Positions 17,995 through 26,846 of a stretch of 64,000 bases of DNA are shown piece after piece. The notes below the pieces were generated by a model. It ran no database searches and was not told where the DNA came from. It saw only the letters and a list, made by a program, of their open reading frames with translations. The translations under genes and the position numbers were made by a program. Within the stretch, counting starts at the first letter, position 1. Every line of letters starts with the position of its first letter. The stretch comes from a virus: positions 43,420 to 107,419 of IMG/VR virus record IMGVR_UViG_3300025913_000025. One strand, written 5' to 3'.

Positions 17995-19464
17995 TCACTT
18001 TTGGATGCGTGCCCCCAACTGCGCCGTGTAGAACGGCGCGCTCGTGTCCCGCCCGTTGAAGTCCTCGAGACTATTCGTCGCGACCTGCCCAGTGCGGCCG
18101 AACAGGGTCAAAAGCAACCGCTCCCCCCGGAGCTGACGCCCAGACTGATCACCGTTGACCGGATAGCTCGACGCTGAACCGGGCATCGGCAGCGCGTAGC
18201 CAACTCCGGACTGAACGACCGGCTCGAAGACGTCCGTTCGCTCCGTGATCCAGAAATGCCAGAAGACCCCGCGCTCGCCGAAGCTCGTCGGCGATGAGTA
18301 GACCGTCGAGACGATCGCCTGCCCGTTCGGGTTGAGCATCAGATCGACCGTGTGCGCGATCGGATCCACCGGCAGCCGGGATCGCTCCAAGCTCGAGTCC
18401 CAGGTCGTCGCGTCGATCACGATGTTGGTCGGAAGCGACGTCTCAGGCGTGTTGGCCGAGATGACCGGCCGGCGAGTGATCGTATAGAGGATCGGCGGCT
18501 CGATAAGCTTCGGCGTGGCGATGGGACCGTTTGTGTAGAAGGCGTCCGAGGCCGGCACGTTCCAACGCGACAGTGACGAGAGCCATGTCTCGATCTCCCA
18601 TTCCGCCACGTTGTCCACAGTGCCGTCGAGGCCTGCAAACCCCCCGCCCGCGACGTCGATGCCCTCGTCGATCCCGTCGAATCCCTGGTCGACATACCCG
18701 TCGCGGTTATCATCGAGACCATTCACTATGAATAGGTATTCCGGGTTGACCGTGATCGGCGTCGAGCCCTGCGCGTCGGTGTAGGTCCGCGTGAGATGCG
18801 AAGCCGCACCGGGCACATCGTCATTGACGAACAATTCGGGGTTCGCCACGGTCATCGGCCCGACCACGGTGTACGACTGCCCGGCCTGCCCGAGCTTGAT
18901 CTTGTCGCCGATTCGGACATTCCAGAACCAGCCGGTTGGATTGTCGAATCCGGCGTGCGTGTCGTTATCGAGGAACGGCGATTGCTCGATCATGAGCACT
19001 TGACCGTAGCTTGGGTTGTTCGGAGAAACCTGACCGCTTGTCGGGATAGTCGGTGGGTAGTAGGGGTAAACCGCGCTCGTCCCGTCCGGGTTGCGCACGG
19101 GATACGGAGGAACTCCGCCGTTGAAGACCATGACGGTCTGCGGCACTGGCCAGACGGTGACGTGACCGCTCGAGTAAGGAGGGCCCGGCTCAATCTGGAC
19201 CCAGCGATTGAACGCCAGGACGGTCGGCGAGTTGGCGTAAGTCGGATCAGGAAGCAAGCGAATTCCTCGTGGAGCGTTGGCCTTGGTGGCGGCGGCTCTA
19301 GCCTGGATCAGTCCGCCTTGCAAGAGCCGTGCCGCTTCCGTGACCTGTCGGTGACGAATCGCCGGGATGATCGACGGCAGCAGCGCGGCCGAGACCAAGA
19401 GAATGATCAGGACCACGACCATCAGTTCAACCAGGGTGAATCCGCTTCGTCTCATCGGCAGCAT
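17995..19464 (-). CDS. Prepilin-type N-terminal cleavage/methylation domain protein (GspH/FimT-like minor pilin, planctomycete type)
   Basis: RRSG|FTLVELMVVVLIILLVSAALLP class III signal peptide with E5, followed by an amphipathic helix EAARLLQGGLIQARAAA. Confidence 0.9.
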   Translation of the reverse strand: MLPMRRSGFTLVELMVVVLIILLVSAALLPSIIPAIRHRQVTEAARLLQGGLIQARAAATKANAPRGIRLLPDPTYANSPTVLAFNRWVQIEPGPPYSSGHVTVWPVPQTVMVFNGGVPPYPVRNPDGTSAVYPYYPPTIPTSGQVSPNNPSYGQVLMIEQSPFLDNDTHAGFDNPTGWFWNVRIGDKIKLGQAGQSYTVVGPMTVANPELFVNDDVPGAASHLTRTYTDAQGSTPITVNPEYLFIVNGLDDNRDGYVDQGFDGIDEGIDVAGGGFAGLDGTVDNVAEWEIETWLSSLSRWNVPASDAFYTNGPIATPKLIEPPILYTITRRPVISANTPETSLPTNIVIDATTWDSSLERSRLPVDPIAHTVDLMLNPNGQAIVSTVYSSPTSFGERGVFWHFWITERTDVFEPVVQSGVGYALPMPGSASSYPVNGDQSGRQLRGERLLLTLFGRTGQVATNSLEDFNGRDTSAPFYTAQLGARIQK

Positions 19465-19673
19465 GGGGTTTTCCTTTCTCCGAGGTGGCTGTTGTGAATG
19501 AACACGCGCTCGCGTTCCGGGCCGTCGATAAAGACGTCCTGGAGGACTGCGGCAAGCGCACCGGGGAACCGGCGCGCTTGATCGATCAGAGCAGGGTTCG
19601 CGATCACGTCCGAGATCAGAGCCGCGAGCAGGACAATGATCAGCAGGTGCCAGATCGCGAATTGACGGACCAT
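19452..19673 (-). CDS. Small membrane protein
   Basis: QFAIWHLLIIVLLAALIS hydrophobic N-terminus, GGAG RBS. Confidence 0.55.
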   Translation of the reverse strand: MVRQFAIWHLLIIVLLAALISDVIANPALIDQARRFPGALAAVLQDVFIDGPERERVFIHNSHLGERKTPCCR

Positions 19674-19685
19674 CGATGGTGACTC

Positions 19686-20285
19686 CTATTTCCAGTGACG
19701 TTTGAGGAACTCAAGGACGCGCAACCCTTCTGCGGTCACACGGTAAGCGGTTCCGGCACAATAATTACACGCATGCTCATAACCAAATTCGGACGGAAGA
19801 CCGCAACCGTTGCACGCCGGACACGGAACTTCCAGCGCCGGAAAGAAAGGAGCTGGTTGCGGTTGCGCCTCGGTCGGCTTGTCGCGGTCCGCCCACAGAA
19901 CGACGGTCGACTCTGGTTCGGAAGCTGGGGAAACGATTTCAGCGCATGCCGAGTCTTTCCGATACCGTTCGAGCGCGGCCTCCTGGTGTTGAATGAACGT
20001 GATGATGTCTGCGGTCATCATCGGTGGGCGACCCGTGATCTTCGCTACCTCATCAACAACGAGCTTCCATGCCTCCGCGTGACGCTTGTCCGTTTTTTCC
20101 CTCTCCGCGAATGCCATCACAGCCTTGATGTAGCCGATGACTTCGTTGGCCTGGTCGTCGGCGTCGATCAGCGCTGAGTGCGCCACCGCGAACTGCCAAA
20201 CCTTGATCCAGAGTCGCTCGATCGTCTGGAGTTCCTCGTAACGCTCGGCGGGAATCGTACACGTTCTGGCTTCTTCCACAGTCAT
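19686..20285 (-). CDS. Hypothetical protein with C-terminal Zn ribbon
   Basis: CPACNGCG...CNYCAG; AGGGAG RBS before ATG 20285. Confidence 0.65.
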   Translation of the reverse strand: MTVEEARTCTIPAERYEELQTIERLWIKVWQFAVAHSALIDADDQANEVIGYIKAVMAFAEREKTDKRHAEAWKLVVDEVAKITGRPPMMTADIITFIQHQEAALERYRKDSACAEIVSPASEPESTVVLWADRDKPTEAQPQPAPFFPALEVPCPACNGCGLPSEFGYEHACNYCAGTAYRVTAEGLRVLEFLKRHWK

Positions 20286-20584
20286 TCTCCCTTGAGGATC
20301 TGAAGGCATTCAAGCAACTTCTGACCGAGTGGCTCGATCCGGTAGTAGGTCTCCCGCTTGCGATGCGACGAGATCGCGCCCGCCGTGCGGAGCAGGAGCA
20401 GATGATGATTCACCGAGCCGCGCGGCATGTCGGCCAGCGAGTGAATCGTTTTCAGCGAGCATAGCCCACCCGCCAACATGATCAGGATTCGGGCTCGGGC
20501 CGGCACCGCAAGAAGCGAGAGCCGTTCCGCCGAGACGATCAAATCGCGATCGGTGATTTCGGACATATTCTCATTCACGGACAT
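20282..20584 (-). CDS. ArsR/SmtB-family winged-helix regulator
   Basis: LAVPARARILIML...RGSVNHHLLLLRTAGAISSHRK...YYRI. Confidence 0.85.
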   Translation of the reverse strand: MSVNENMSEITDRDLIVSAERLSLLAVPARARILIMLAGGLCSLKTIHSLADMPRGSVNHHLLLLRTAGAISSHRKRETYYRIEPLGQKLLECLQILKGE

Positions 20585-20623
20585 AGTATAGAGTCCTGAG
20601 TAACAGGAAAGAAAGCATTAGAA

Positions 20624-20697
20624 TCATAGAAGTTTTATGAGTTTCGTGAAAAAAGTCAATGGTCATGTTTGACTTCGCTGGACGTCCGGGCAAGAAT
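20624..20697. promoter_or_regulatory. Divergent sigma70-type promoters with a palindromic operator
   Basis: Back-to-back TTGACT (20654-59 on -, 20669-74 on +); + strand N17-AAGAAT; - strand N16-TAAAAC; TCATAGAA-G-TTTTATGA imperfect palindrome at 20624-20640. Confidence 0.55.
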
Positions 20698-20900
20698 GGT
20701 GACGGCGACAGCAAGCAGACTCGAAAGACTGAATCACGCTTCTGCGGTTGGATCGAGAGACTTTTTACGGCGGAGGTGGGCCATGAACTGCCCGGCAAAA
20801 ACCGGGCGAACCTGGAGGGTTCTCGAGGATGTCTGATTTGATACCAGGGTCCGGTGACGGTTAAAACCGGTCTCCTTCAACTTGCCTGCAAGGGCCGAAC

Positions 20901-21047
20901 ATGGTCGTCGGGTTTCTCGTTTTGACTGTACTGATCCATGTCGTCAACTTCCTCAAATCAATGCAGTCGATCGAGTCCGAAAGCCGCGCCATCAACCATA
21001 AACTCGATGCGATCTGCAAGAAGCTCGAAATCAAGGAGGGCCCCTGA
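20901..21047 (+). CDS. Small membrane-anchored protein (48 aa, not in the ORF track)
   Basis: MVVGFLVLTVLIHVVNFLKS...; stop overlaps the next ATG (TGATG). Confidence 0.5.
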   Translation: MVVGFLVLTVLIHVVNFLKSMQSIESESRAINHKLDAICKKLEIKEGP

Positions 21048-21538
21048 TGGCAAATCCCGTCCACGATCCCGAAGTCTGTCCAAGCGAGCTCGTGTCCTGG
21101 CATCTGGACGCCTGCAACGAGGCCGGCTGGCATTGCGCCGACTGCGGTCTGAAGATGCCGGGAGAACCTCCAGGATATCGACCGGACCTGGACCGATCAG
21201 CGATCGGAGCGAAGGTCGATTCGGTCGTCAACTGGCTTCACGAGTCCGAACTGATCTACGTCTCGAACAGTTCTGAAGGCGAGTCACTGACCGGCAAGGT
21301 CGCCGAGGAATGCAAGCGGACGAGCACCTACGATCAAATGTCGATCATCATCATGATCGCCATGAACAAGGAGAACGCCGACTACTGGAAGAAGCTCGGC
21401 GAGGACGTGCTGGCCGGCAAGGATCCGCGCCGTCGATGCCATTGCGGCAAGCTCGCTAACACGTTCGTCGGCGAGGAGGCATTCTGTTCCTGGGCCTGCC
21501 AGGACAATAACTCCAAGCAGGGCCGGCTTCCCTGGTAG
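21047..21538 (+). CDS. Hypothetical Zn-binding protein
   Basis: AGGAGG RBS; CADC and CHC...CSWAC. Confidence 0.65.
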   Translation: MANPVHDPEVCPSELVSWHLDACNEAGWHCADCGLKMPGEPPGYRPDLDRSAIGAKVDSVVNWLHESELIYVSNSSEGESLTGKVAEECKRTSTYDQMSIIIMIAMNKENADYWKKLGEDVLAGKDPRRRCHCGKLANTFVGEEAFCSWACQDNNSKQGRLPW

Positions 21539-21546
21539 GAACGAGC

Positions 21547-21939
21547 ATGCCGCGAAAGCCGAAGTTTCCCGTCGAGATAGGGGGGAAGTTCCACACTGTT
21601 CGGATTCCCAACTGGCATCCCGCCAGGCTGAACGAGCTAATCGGTCGGCATCGGATGGCAATATCAAGGCGTAAGCGTTCAGATCGCGAGATCGTGGCCG
21701 CTTATGTCTTAATGGCTGGTGCGATTGAAGCTACCGGAAAACGTCGCGTCAACCTGCACATCACCCTTAGCCCACGACAACGGGCTGCTGACCCAGACGC
21801 GTACTGGAAGAGTCTTCTCGACGCCCTGGTTCATTGCAAGGCATTGCGAAACGACAATCGCCAATGGGTCGAATTGATGCCGGTGGAATTCGATCGCGCT
21901 TCGACCAAGGCGACCACTATCGTCTTAACGGACGTCTGA
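21547..21939 (+). CDS. RusA-like Holliday junction resolvase
   Basis: DPDAYWKSLLDALV...NDNRQWV resembles the RusA D-x-D-N..K...D motif. Confidence 0.7.
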   Translation: MPRKPKFPVEIGGKFHTVRIPNWHPARLNELIGRHRMAISRRKRSDREIVAAYVLMAGAIEATGKRRVNLHITLSPRQRAADPDAYWKSLLDALVHCKALRNDNRQWVELMPVEFDRASTKATTIVLTDV

Positions 21940-21990
21940 CGCGCAATACCGGGGGACTGCGTGCTGGTCCCGGCCTGAAGGAGTAACGTT

Positions 21991-22347
21991 ATGAGCGACC
22001 CGAGCTTCTCCGAAGCATTCAAGGCAGCAGCAGACATCGAAGCCGCCTGTCCCATCACGGCCGGCTCTGCACTCGCACACCATGCCGGATGGACAACTGA
22101 GTGGCCGACTGAGCCGGGACACTACTGGCTCTATGGAGTCTGGTATATCGCCAGTTCTCCGCGCCCGTCGCTTTGGCTGATCAAGGCGGAAATGTTGTAC
22201 GGATACCTATACCTAAGCGGTGACTGCGGTAACGTGTATGAGGGCCAGGTCGGTCCCCATCGCTGGGCTCGGGCCACGCTTCCCGAGGTGCCGGCCGCCG
22301 AGGTCGAGAGGGAGATCAAGGAGACCGATGGCGATGACCGAAAGTGA
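21991..22347 (+). CDS. Hypothetical phage protein
   Basis: AGGAG RBS; WTTEWPTEPGHYW motif. Confidence 0.65.
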   Translation: MSDPSFSEAFKAAADIEAACPITAGSALAHHAGWTTEWPTEPGHYWLYGVWYIASSPRPSLWLIKAEMLYGYLYLSGDCGNVYEGQVGPHRWARATLPEVPAAEVEREIKETDGDDRK

Positions 22348-22600
22348 ATTCTGGCGAACCGTGAATTGCGTTCCAGTCGGGGAACTGGTCGCCGTAGAGG
22401 CAAAGTACGGTGGCATCGGTTCGGCGGTCGTATCAGTTGCGACTCAGGAGAGTTTCGAGGGATGCCGAGTCATGCTTTCGGTCGGCTCCGGTCAGCACGA
22501 GCGAATCTTACTGCCGGCTGGCCATGCTCGGGCGCTGGCCTACCTCCTACTCGCTGCGGCTGAACGCACGGAGAAGTCGGCACTACCTCCGAGTCGTTGA
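22328..22600 (+). CDS. Hypothetical protein
   Basis: AGGAG RBS, overlaps the previous stop. Confidence 0.55.
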   Translation: MAMTESEFWRTVNCVPVGELVAVEAKYGGIGSAVVSVATQESFEGCRVMLSVGSGQHERILLPAGHARALAYLLLAAAERTEKSALPPSR

Positions 22601-22873
22601 CTCCGCGATCTTCAACGGTCCAGTTCAGCATCAAACACCGCGGCCCGGACGCACCTTGCGATGCGCCCGGGCCGAATGCGTTGGATGACGGAAGTATCTG
22701 ACGCGACCGCTTCTCCAACAATCTCGTGGGGCATAACTCCCGATTGATCACCCCGCACTTGAGGGCGGGGCCTCTTTCGTGGACCGTCGAGCCGATCAGT
22801 TAAGCTCACGGCGTTGGCTCGGAGCGCCGGGAGCGACGATGCTTCCAAGGCGACTTAATGATGCCGATCGCCG

Positions 22874-23161
22874 TCAGATCACCTCATCCCCGAATGGCTC
22901 GGGATACTCGTTGAGGATTTCCCCCACGCGGTCAAAGAATTTCGAGTCCTTCTCATACCGCTCCAGCAGTTCCTCATCGAGCCGCTCGGCTTCCGCGGAC
23001 GTAGGATCACGGCCATCGATGTCCGTTATGACGAACCGAAGTCCATCGACGCCCGGGGCTTCATCGCACCCCGTAAATCCCGGCGCGCCGGAATAGCCTT
23101 CGCTGATCGAATCCCATTCCACGTCCACGCAGAGCTTCTGGCCGTTGTGTTCCACGATCAT
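22874..23161 (-). CDS. Hypothetical acidic protein
   Basis: ATGA-coupled chain. Confidence 0.6.
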   Translation of the reverse strand: MIVEHNGQKLCVDVEWDSISEGYSGAPGFTGCDEAPGVDGLRFVITDIDGRDPTSAEAERLDEELLERYEKDSKFFDRVGEILNEYPEPFGDEVI

Positions 23162-23370
23162 CGCCGTGCCTTCTTCCTGGCGTCTCGTTGCCGCTTACGC
23201 CGTTTCGCCAGGTCGTCGTGATCCCGAACGCACGCCTTGGTTCTTCCGCCGTGGGAGCGACTTCGCCGTTTCCAGTCTAAGCCGGTAATGAGATTCTCGG
23301 CGCTCGCGTGTGGCATCAGGGCCGGAATTGCGAGTGCGATTGCCGCGAGCGCGGCCGTGTTCTTGTTCAT
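23158..23370 (-). CDS. Hypothetical basic protein
   Basis: ATGA-coupled chain. Confidence 0.55.
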   Translation of the reverse strand: MNKNTAALAAIALAIPALMPHASAENLITGLDWKRRSRSHGGRTKACVRDHDDLAKRRKRQRDARKKARR

Positions 23371-23798
23371 TTCTTGGCCTCAGAGAGAAAGAACTTTCGA
23401 CGGCAATGCGGACATACGACCGCTTCGCCGACCACAATGTCGCGACGAACAGCCTTGCCATCCTCGATGACGAGCTTCCAGCGATCGGAAATGTCGTCTC
23501 CCTGCGCGAGCACTTCGCCGGTAAATCCGAAGTCGGGGAACTCCTCACGCATGAAGGCGAGAATCAAGTTGACGGACTCAACGATTCCGTAGAACTTCTC
23601 GCCGCCGTCCCACTGGATTCCCGAGAAGTCCTTCGTGAGCTCCCACTGGATGTAGGACGTATCCTTGATTCCGTACTGACGCCATTCGCCATGATCGTCT
23701 GAGTCCTCACCGAGCATCTCGTTCAGACGTTTGATCTGCGCGATGCTCGGTTCATTCACGAACTTCAGAATGCCATCGAGTTGCGTCGAATAGCCCAT
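23367..23798 (-). CDS. Hypothetical phage protein
   Basis: MGYST...QWELTKD...WDGGEKFY...GEVLAQG recurrent phage family; AGGAG RBS. Confidence 0.75.
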   Translation of the reverse strand: MGYSTQLDGILKFVNEPSIAQIKRLNEMLGEDSDDHGEWRQYGIKDTSYIQWELTKDFSGIQWDGGEKFYGIVESVNLILAFMREEFPDFGFTGEVLAQGDDISDRWKLVIEDGKAVRRDIVVGEAVVCPHCRRKFFLSEAKK

Positions 23799-23802
23799 CT
23801 GA

Positions 23803-24234
23803 TCATCTCCTTTGAGGTTCATTCGGTTCGATCGTCAAATCGTCCTCAGTCAGTCGCCTCGGTCGATCACCACCGTCGATCAGCCAGACCGTGATCCCAG
23901 CTCCCAGGCACTTCCGCACGCAGTCCCGAGTTCCCCGCGACCTGGCGAGAGTCCGATGCACGGCAATCGCGTAGGCGGCTCCCAGCCGGACCATTTCCGA
24001 GTTCCTGATCGGACCCCCTTTCTTCCCAAGGTGCCAGTCCGCAGGATGGGGCTCATGCGGGATCCCCATCGCCTCACAGGCGTAACGGAAGGAGCGATCC
24101 ACCCCGGTTGGACAGTCACCGTGGACGATCACGACGTCGGTCCCGAGCTTGGCGCGGATGCCGGCGAGTACGTGCGCGGCGATGTCGGCACAGGTCCAAT
24201 GGCGATCGCCGGTGATGATGATGCGGGTGGGCAC
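23803..24234 (-). CDS. SLOG-family protein (DUF2493/YspA-like)
   Basis: IIITGDRHW...IVHGDCPTGVD...ADW...GPIRNSEMV...SRGTRDC. Confidence 0.85.
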   Translation of the reverse strand: MPTRIIITGDRHWTCADIAAHVLAGIRAKLGTDVVIVHGDCPTGVDRSFRYACEAMGIPHEPHPADWHLGKKGGPIRNSEMVRLGAAYAIAVHRTLARSRGTRDCVRKCLGAGITVWLIDGGDRPRRLTEDDLTIEPNEPQRR

Positions 24235-24239
24235 GAAGA

Positions 24240-24479
24240 TTACTTCCGTGGAATAGGGGTCAGACTGACGGCGTGCTTCATGCCCGCATCGAAGACATCT
24301 GCCTGCACGTAACGCACGCTCACACCGCGATCACTCCAGATAAAGATTGGCTGATTCACGGCAAAGTCATAGGATGGATCGCCACCGCGCACCTTGAGAT
24401 TGTCGCGGATCATCGTTTCGACCTCAGTCATCGATAGGTTGATGATGCAAATCTGGGTTTGCGCGTATTGTTTTTCCAT
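24240..24479 (-). CDS. Hypothetical protein
   Basis: Coupled ORF, AGGAG RBS. Confidence 0.55.
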   Translation of the reverse strand: MEKQYAQTQICIINLSMTEVETMIRDNLKVRGGDPSYDFAVNQPIFIWSDRGVSVRYVQADVFDAGMKHAVSLTPIPRK

Positions 24480-24784
24480 CAATCTGGCTCCTGGATTGGC
24501 TTGGCAGCGAACATCGCCTTGAACTCTTCCAGCGTCACCACCAGATCGGTAGTGGGATACAGGCCGATGTTTTTCAGTTCCCATCCAGTTGTATTGCCGT
24601 CGTTGTCGAGTTGTTCGATCCGCGCCATAAGCGACCCGTCAAAGTCTTGGTCATAGCCTGTCACGCGGAACGCCATCAGGACGATTGTCCCGACGGGCTC
24701 TGGTTCCACCGGGTTCCGCTTGATGATGGACGATTCGACGCGAAAATTCTCTTCCTCCACCGTGATCTCGCGAACAGGCCTCAT
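24479..24784 (-). CDS. Hypothetical protein
   Basis: GGAGG RBS, coupled. Confidence 0.6.
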   Translation of the reverse strand: MRPVREITVEEENFRVESSIIKRNPVEPEPVGTIVLMAFRVTGYDQDFDGSLMARIEQLDNDGNTTGWELKNIGLYPTTDLVVTLEEFKAMFAAKPIQEPD

Positions 24785-25056
24785 CGAAATTTCCTCCATT
24801 GCCCAGGCTTGGTAATGAAACAGGAATCAACTCCGTTGTGCGGATTCTCGAACTTGATGAGCGGGTATTCGCCAAACATCGTCAACTCGAAACCGACGAA
24901 CACTCCAACAGCCCCGGAGTGAGGGTGATCCCCGCAAACAATGACGCGGTCACCTGCTTTGATTGAATCGGCGTTGACGAACAGAGGCGTGAAGCCGTCG
25001 TAGAACGCTTTCTCCGCAGCAGTCAGAGGGCCGCGAGATGATCGTTTGCGTTTCAA
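24781..25056 (-). CDS. Hypothetical protein (SH3/KOW-like)
   Basis: IKAGDRVIVCGDHPHSGAVG. Confidence 0.55.
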   Translation of the reverse strand: MKRKRSSRGPLTAAEKAFYDGFTPLFVNADSIKAGDRVIVCGDHPHSGAVGVFVGFELTMFGEYPLIKFENPHNGVDSCFITKPGQWRKFR

Positions 25057-25424
25057 TGTGTTGAATCTCCAGCAGCAACCGGCACCTCGATCGCCGTTGC
25101 CTTGCAGAAGTAGCAACTGAGCTTCAGGAGGCCAGAACCCGCGCGATAAGAAGCCCACACGGTCTGCGTGTCCCAGCCGTCGTTGCAACACGTCAGACGA
25201 ACATCAGGCTTCGCCCCGGCATACTTGACTACCAGCGCGGGAGTTGAACATTCGACACAGGATAGGACCAGCGATCCAGGCTCGCGATCGGAGTCAACGA
25301 ACATTGGTGCCCGAACGTGGCACCGTGAATGGAGAAACATTTCGTGCGCGTTCGGCTCGTGATCGCAGCCGGCCGCGCAGCCCGCAGGCACGAAGCGGTC
25401 GAGAGACTCTTTGGTCAGTTCCAT
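25053..25424 (-). CDS. Cys/His-rich hypothetical protein with internal duplication
   Basis: GSLVLSCVECSTP and GLLKLSCYFCKAT repeats. Confidence 0.6.
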   Translation of the reverse strand: MELTKESLDRFVPAGCAAGCDHEPNAHEMFLHSRCHVRAPMFVDSDREPGSLVLSCVECSTPALVVKYAGAKPDVRLTCCNDGWDTQTVWASYRAGSGLLKLSCYFCKATAIEVPVAAGDSTH

Positions 25425-25430
25425 TGATCG

Positions 25431-25790
25431 TTACGCTCCCCATGAAACACCGAGACGATCCAATTCCGCCTCCGACCGCTTCGGTTCGGTTGTCTCGCCG
25501 TGAATGAACTCGACGTCGATCACCGAGCCGGATTCCAGGGAATCGAAGTGTTCGAGGATGTACTCGTGGGCTCGCTGCATCGTGACATCCGTCCAGTCCC
25601 GTGAATTGTAGTTTGCCTTGGTGCTCGTCAACGACACCATGATGAGGACCGTCGCTTGGATCGAGGGGTCGCTACCGTAGCCCGCGCGGCTGATCAAGTA
25701 GCGGTCCTGTTCGTTGCCCGGTTTCAACTTGGTAGCTAGAACGGAGGTGAATGTGTGCTTATCGCGAATCTCGAACGTCTTACTGATCAC
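25431..25790 (-). CDS. Hypothetical phage protein
   Basis: KTFEIRD...AHEYI..HFDSLESGSVIDVEFI.GE. Confidence 0.7.
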   Translation of the reverse strand: MISKTFEIRDKHTFTSVLATKLKPGNEQDRYLISRAGYGSDPSIQATVLIMVSLTSTKANYNSRDWTDVTMQRAHEYILEHFDSLESGSVIDVEFIHGETTEPKRSEAELDRLGVSWGA

Positions 25791-26149
25791 GGCCTCCCCC
25801 TTTCCGCAATCGCCGTCTCCATCCGCCCCTCTTCATGCTCCGCGATGGCTGTGTCAATGCGGTCCTGATCCCAATGAGCGTTGAGATACAGGCTCTCCAT
25901 CCGTGATTCCAGTTCGGCCCGGATGTCGGCATCGATCGACTTGGCTTCAATCCAGGAGCCGTACTCAGCCGACACTTCAGGATCGATCCCGCGAATCCGC
26001 GCGACCTTGAATCGAACGTCCTCGAACCCGCCCGGGAAGCGCGGCCATTGCGCCGCGCCGCCTTCGGGCGGGAGCGTCTCGTAGCTCACTTCGAACTCGA
26101 TCTCGAGTCCCTCGTCTTCATCAGTGTGGGTGTACTCGATGTTCGGCAT
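25787..26149 (-). CDS. Hypothetical acidic protein
   Basis: GGAG RBS before ATG 26149. Confidence 0.6.
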   Translation of the reverse strand: MPNIEYTHTDEDEGLEIEFEVSYETLPPEGGAAQWPRFPGGFEDVRFKVARIRGIDPEVSAEYGSWIEAKSIDADIRAELESRMESLYLNAHWDQDRIDTAIAEHEEGRMETAIAERGRP

Positions 26150-26202
26150 GGAAAGCTCCAGAAGGAAGGAAGGAAGCAAAGGATTCACCTGGACGGCGCA
26201 GG

Positions 26203-26502
26203 CTACGATTCGACTCCCGAGCCGACCGGCTCGGCGACCTTCTTCGACTTCCTCGATACCGACGGCGCGGGAACGGCGCTCGACTGGCAGTTCCGCTTGT
26301 GAAAGTCATTGATCAGGTGCGAGAAGATTTGAGTCACCGAGAGCGGCGTTTCGAGGTTCGGCGCGAGAAATTTGCTGATGTCCGTCAACTTCTGGATGTT
26401 GTCGGGATTGGCGCGGAGGTTGAAAAACTCGTGATCTGCAAGGGACTTTCTGGAAACACCCATCTTCTGAATCTCCAAAGACTTGGATTGTTCCGCGACC
26501 AC
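26203..26502 (-). CDS. Hypothetical protein, possibly a small DNA-binding regulator
   Basis: First gene after the leftward promoter. Confidence 0.45.
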   Translation of the reverse strand: MVAEQSKSLEIQKMGVSRKSLADHEFFNLRANPDNIQKLTDISKFLAPNLETPLSVTQIFSHLINDFHKRNCQSSAVPAPSVSRKSKKVAEPVGSGVES

Positions 26503-26529
26503 GCATTGACCGCGATGTAGAACATACTC

Positions 26530-26558
26530 AGTTTAACCGCGTGTGTGACACAACGCAA
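26530..26558 (-). promoter_or_regulatory. Leftward sigma70-type promoter
   Basis: TTGCGT-N17-TAAACT; spacer holds TGTCACACACG. Confidence 0.6.
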
Positions 26559-26585
26559 TCAGAAAGAAAAATTTCCAGTCCCCGA

Positions 26586-26614
26586 TTGCCGCAAACGAAG
26601 TTCTCGGATAGAAT
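26586..26614 (+). promoter_or_regulatory. Rightward sigma70-type promoter
   Basis: TTGCCG-N17-TAGAAT. Confidence 0.65.
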
Positions 26615-26620
26615 CCGAAC

Positions 26621-26810
26621 CGCAGTCGACGTGAGACTCGGTACGCTGTTCCCAAGATGCAGGCGGAGTCATCGGGAATGGTGGGGTCTGGTGGTGCAAG
26701 CTACGCCAGGCTTCAGGGTTTCATACTGCCCCGTAAACCACGCCGGCCCGAGGCTCGCATGGGAGCTGATCGGGTAGGGGGGACTTGAATGCCATCGGTC
26801 CCCCTTTTTT
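26621..26810 (+). ncRNA. Candidate ~190-nt structured RNA or attenuated leader
   Basis: Promoter upstream, consecutive GU-rich stems including a GCAA tetraloop, intrinsic terminator at the 3' end. Confidence 0.5.
26776..26810 (+). terminator. Intrinsic terminator
   Basis: GGGGGAC/GTCCCCC stem followed by TTTTTT. Confidence 0.7.
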
Positions 26811-26846
26811 CTTTCTTTGTTCCTTGTCTCGGAGATTGGCAAACGG

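Noticed and set aside
20794-20830. c-di-GMP-I riboswitch-like GGCAAA..CC start
   Set aside because: Lacks the GACGCAAA segment and the second stem
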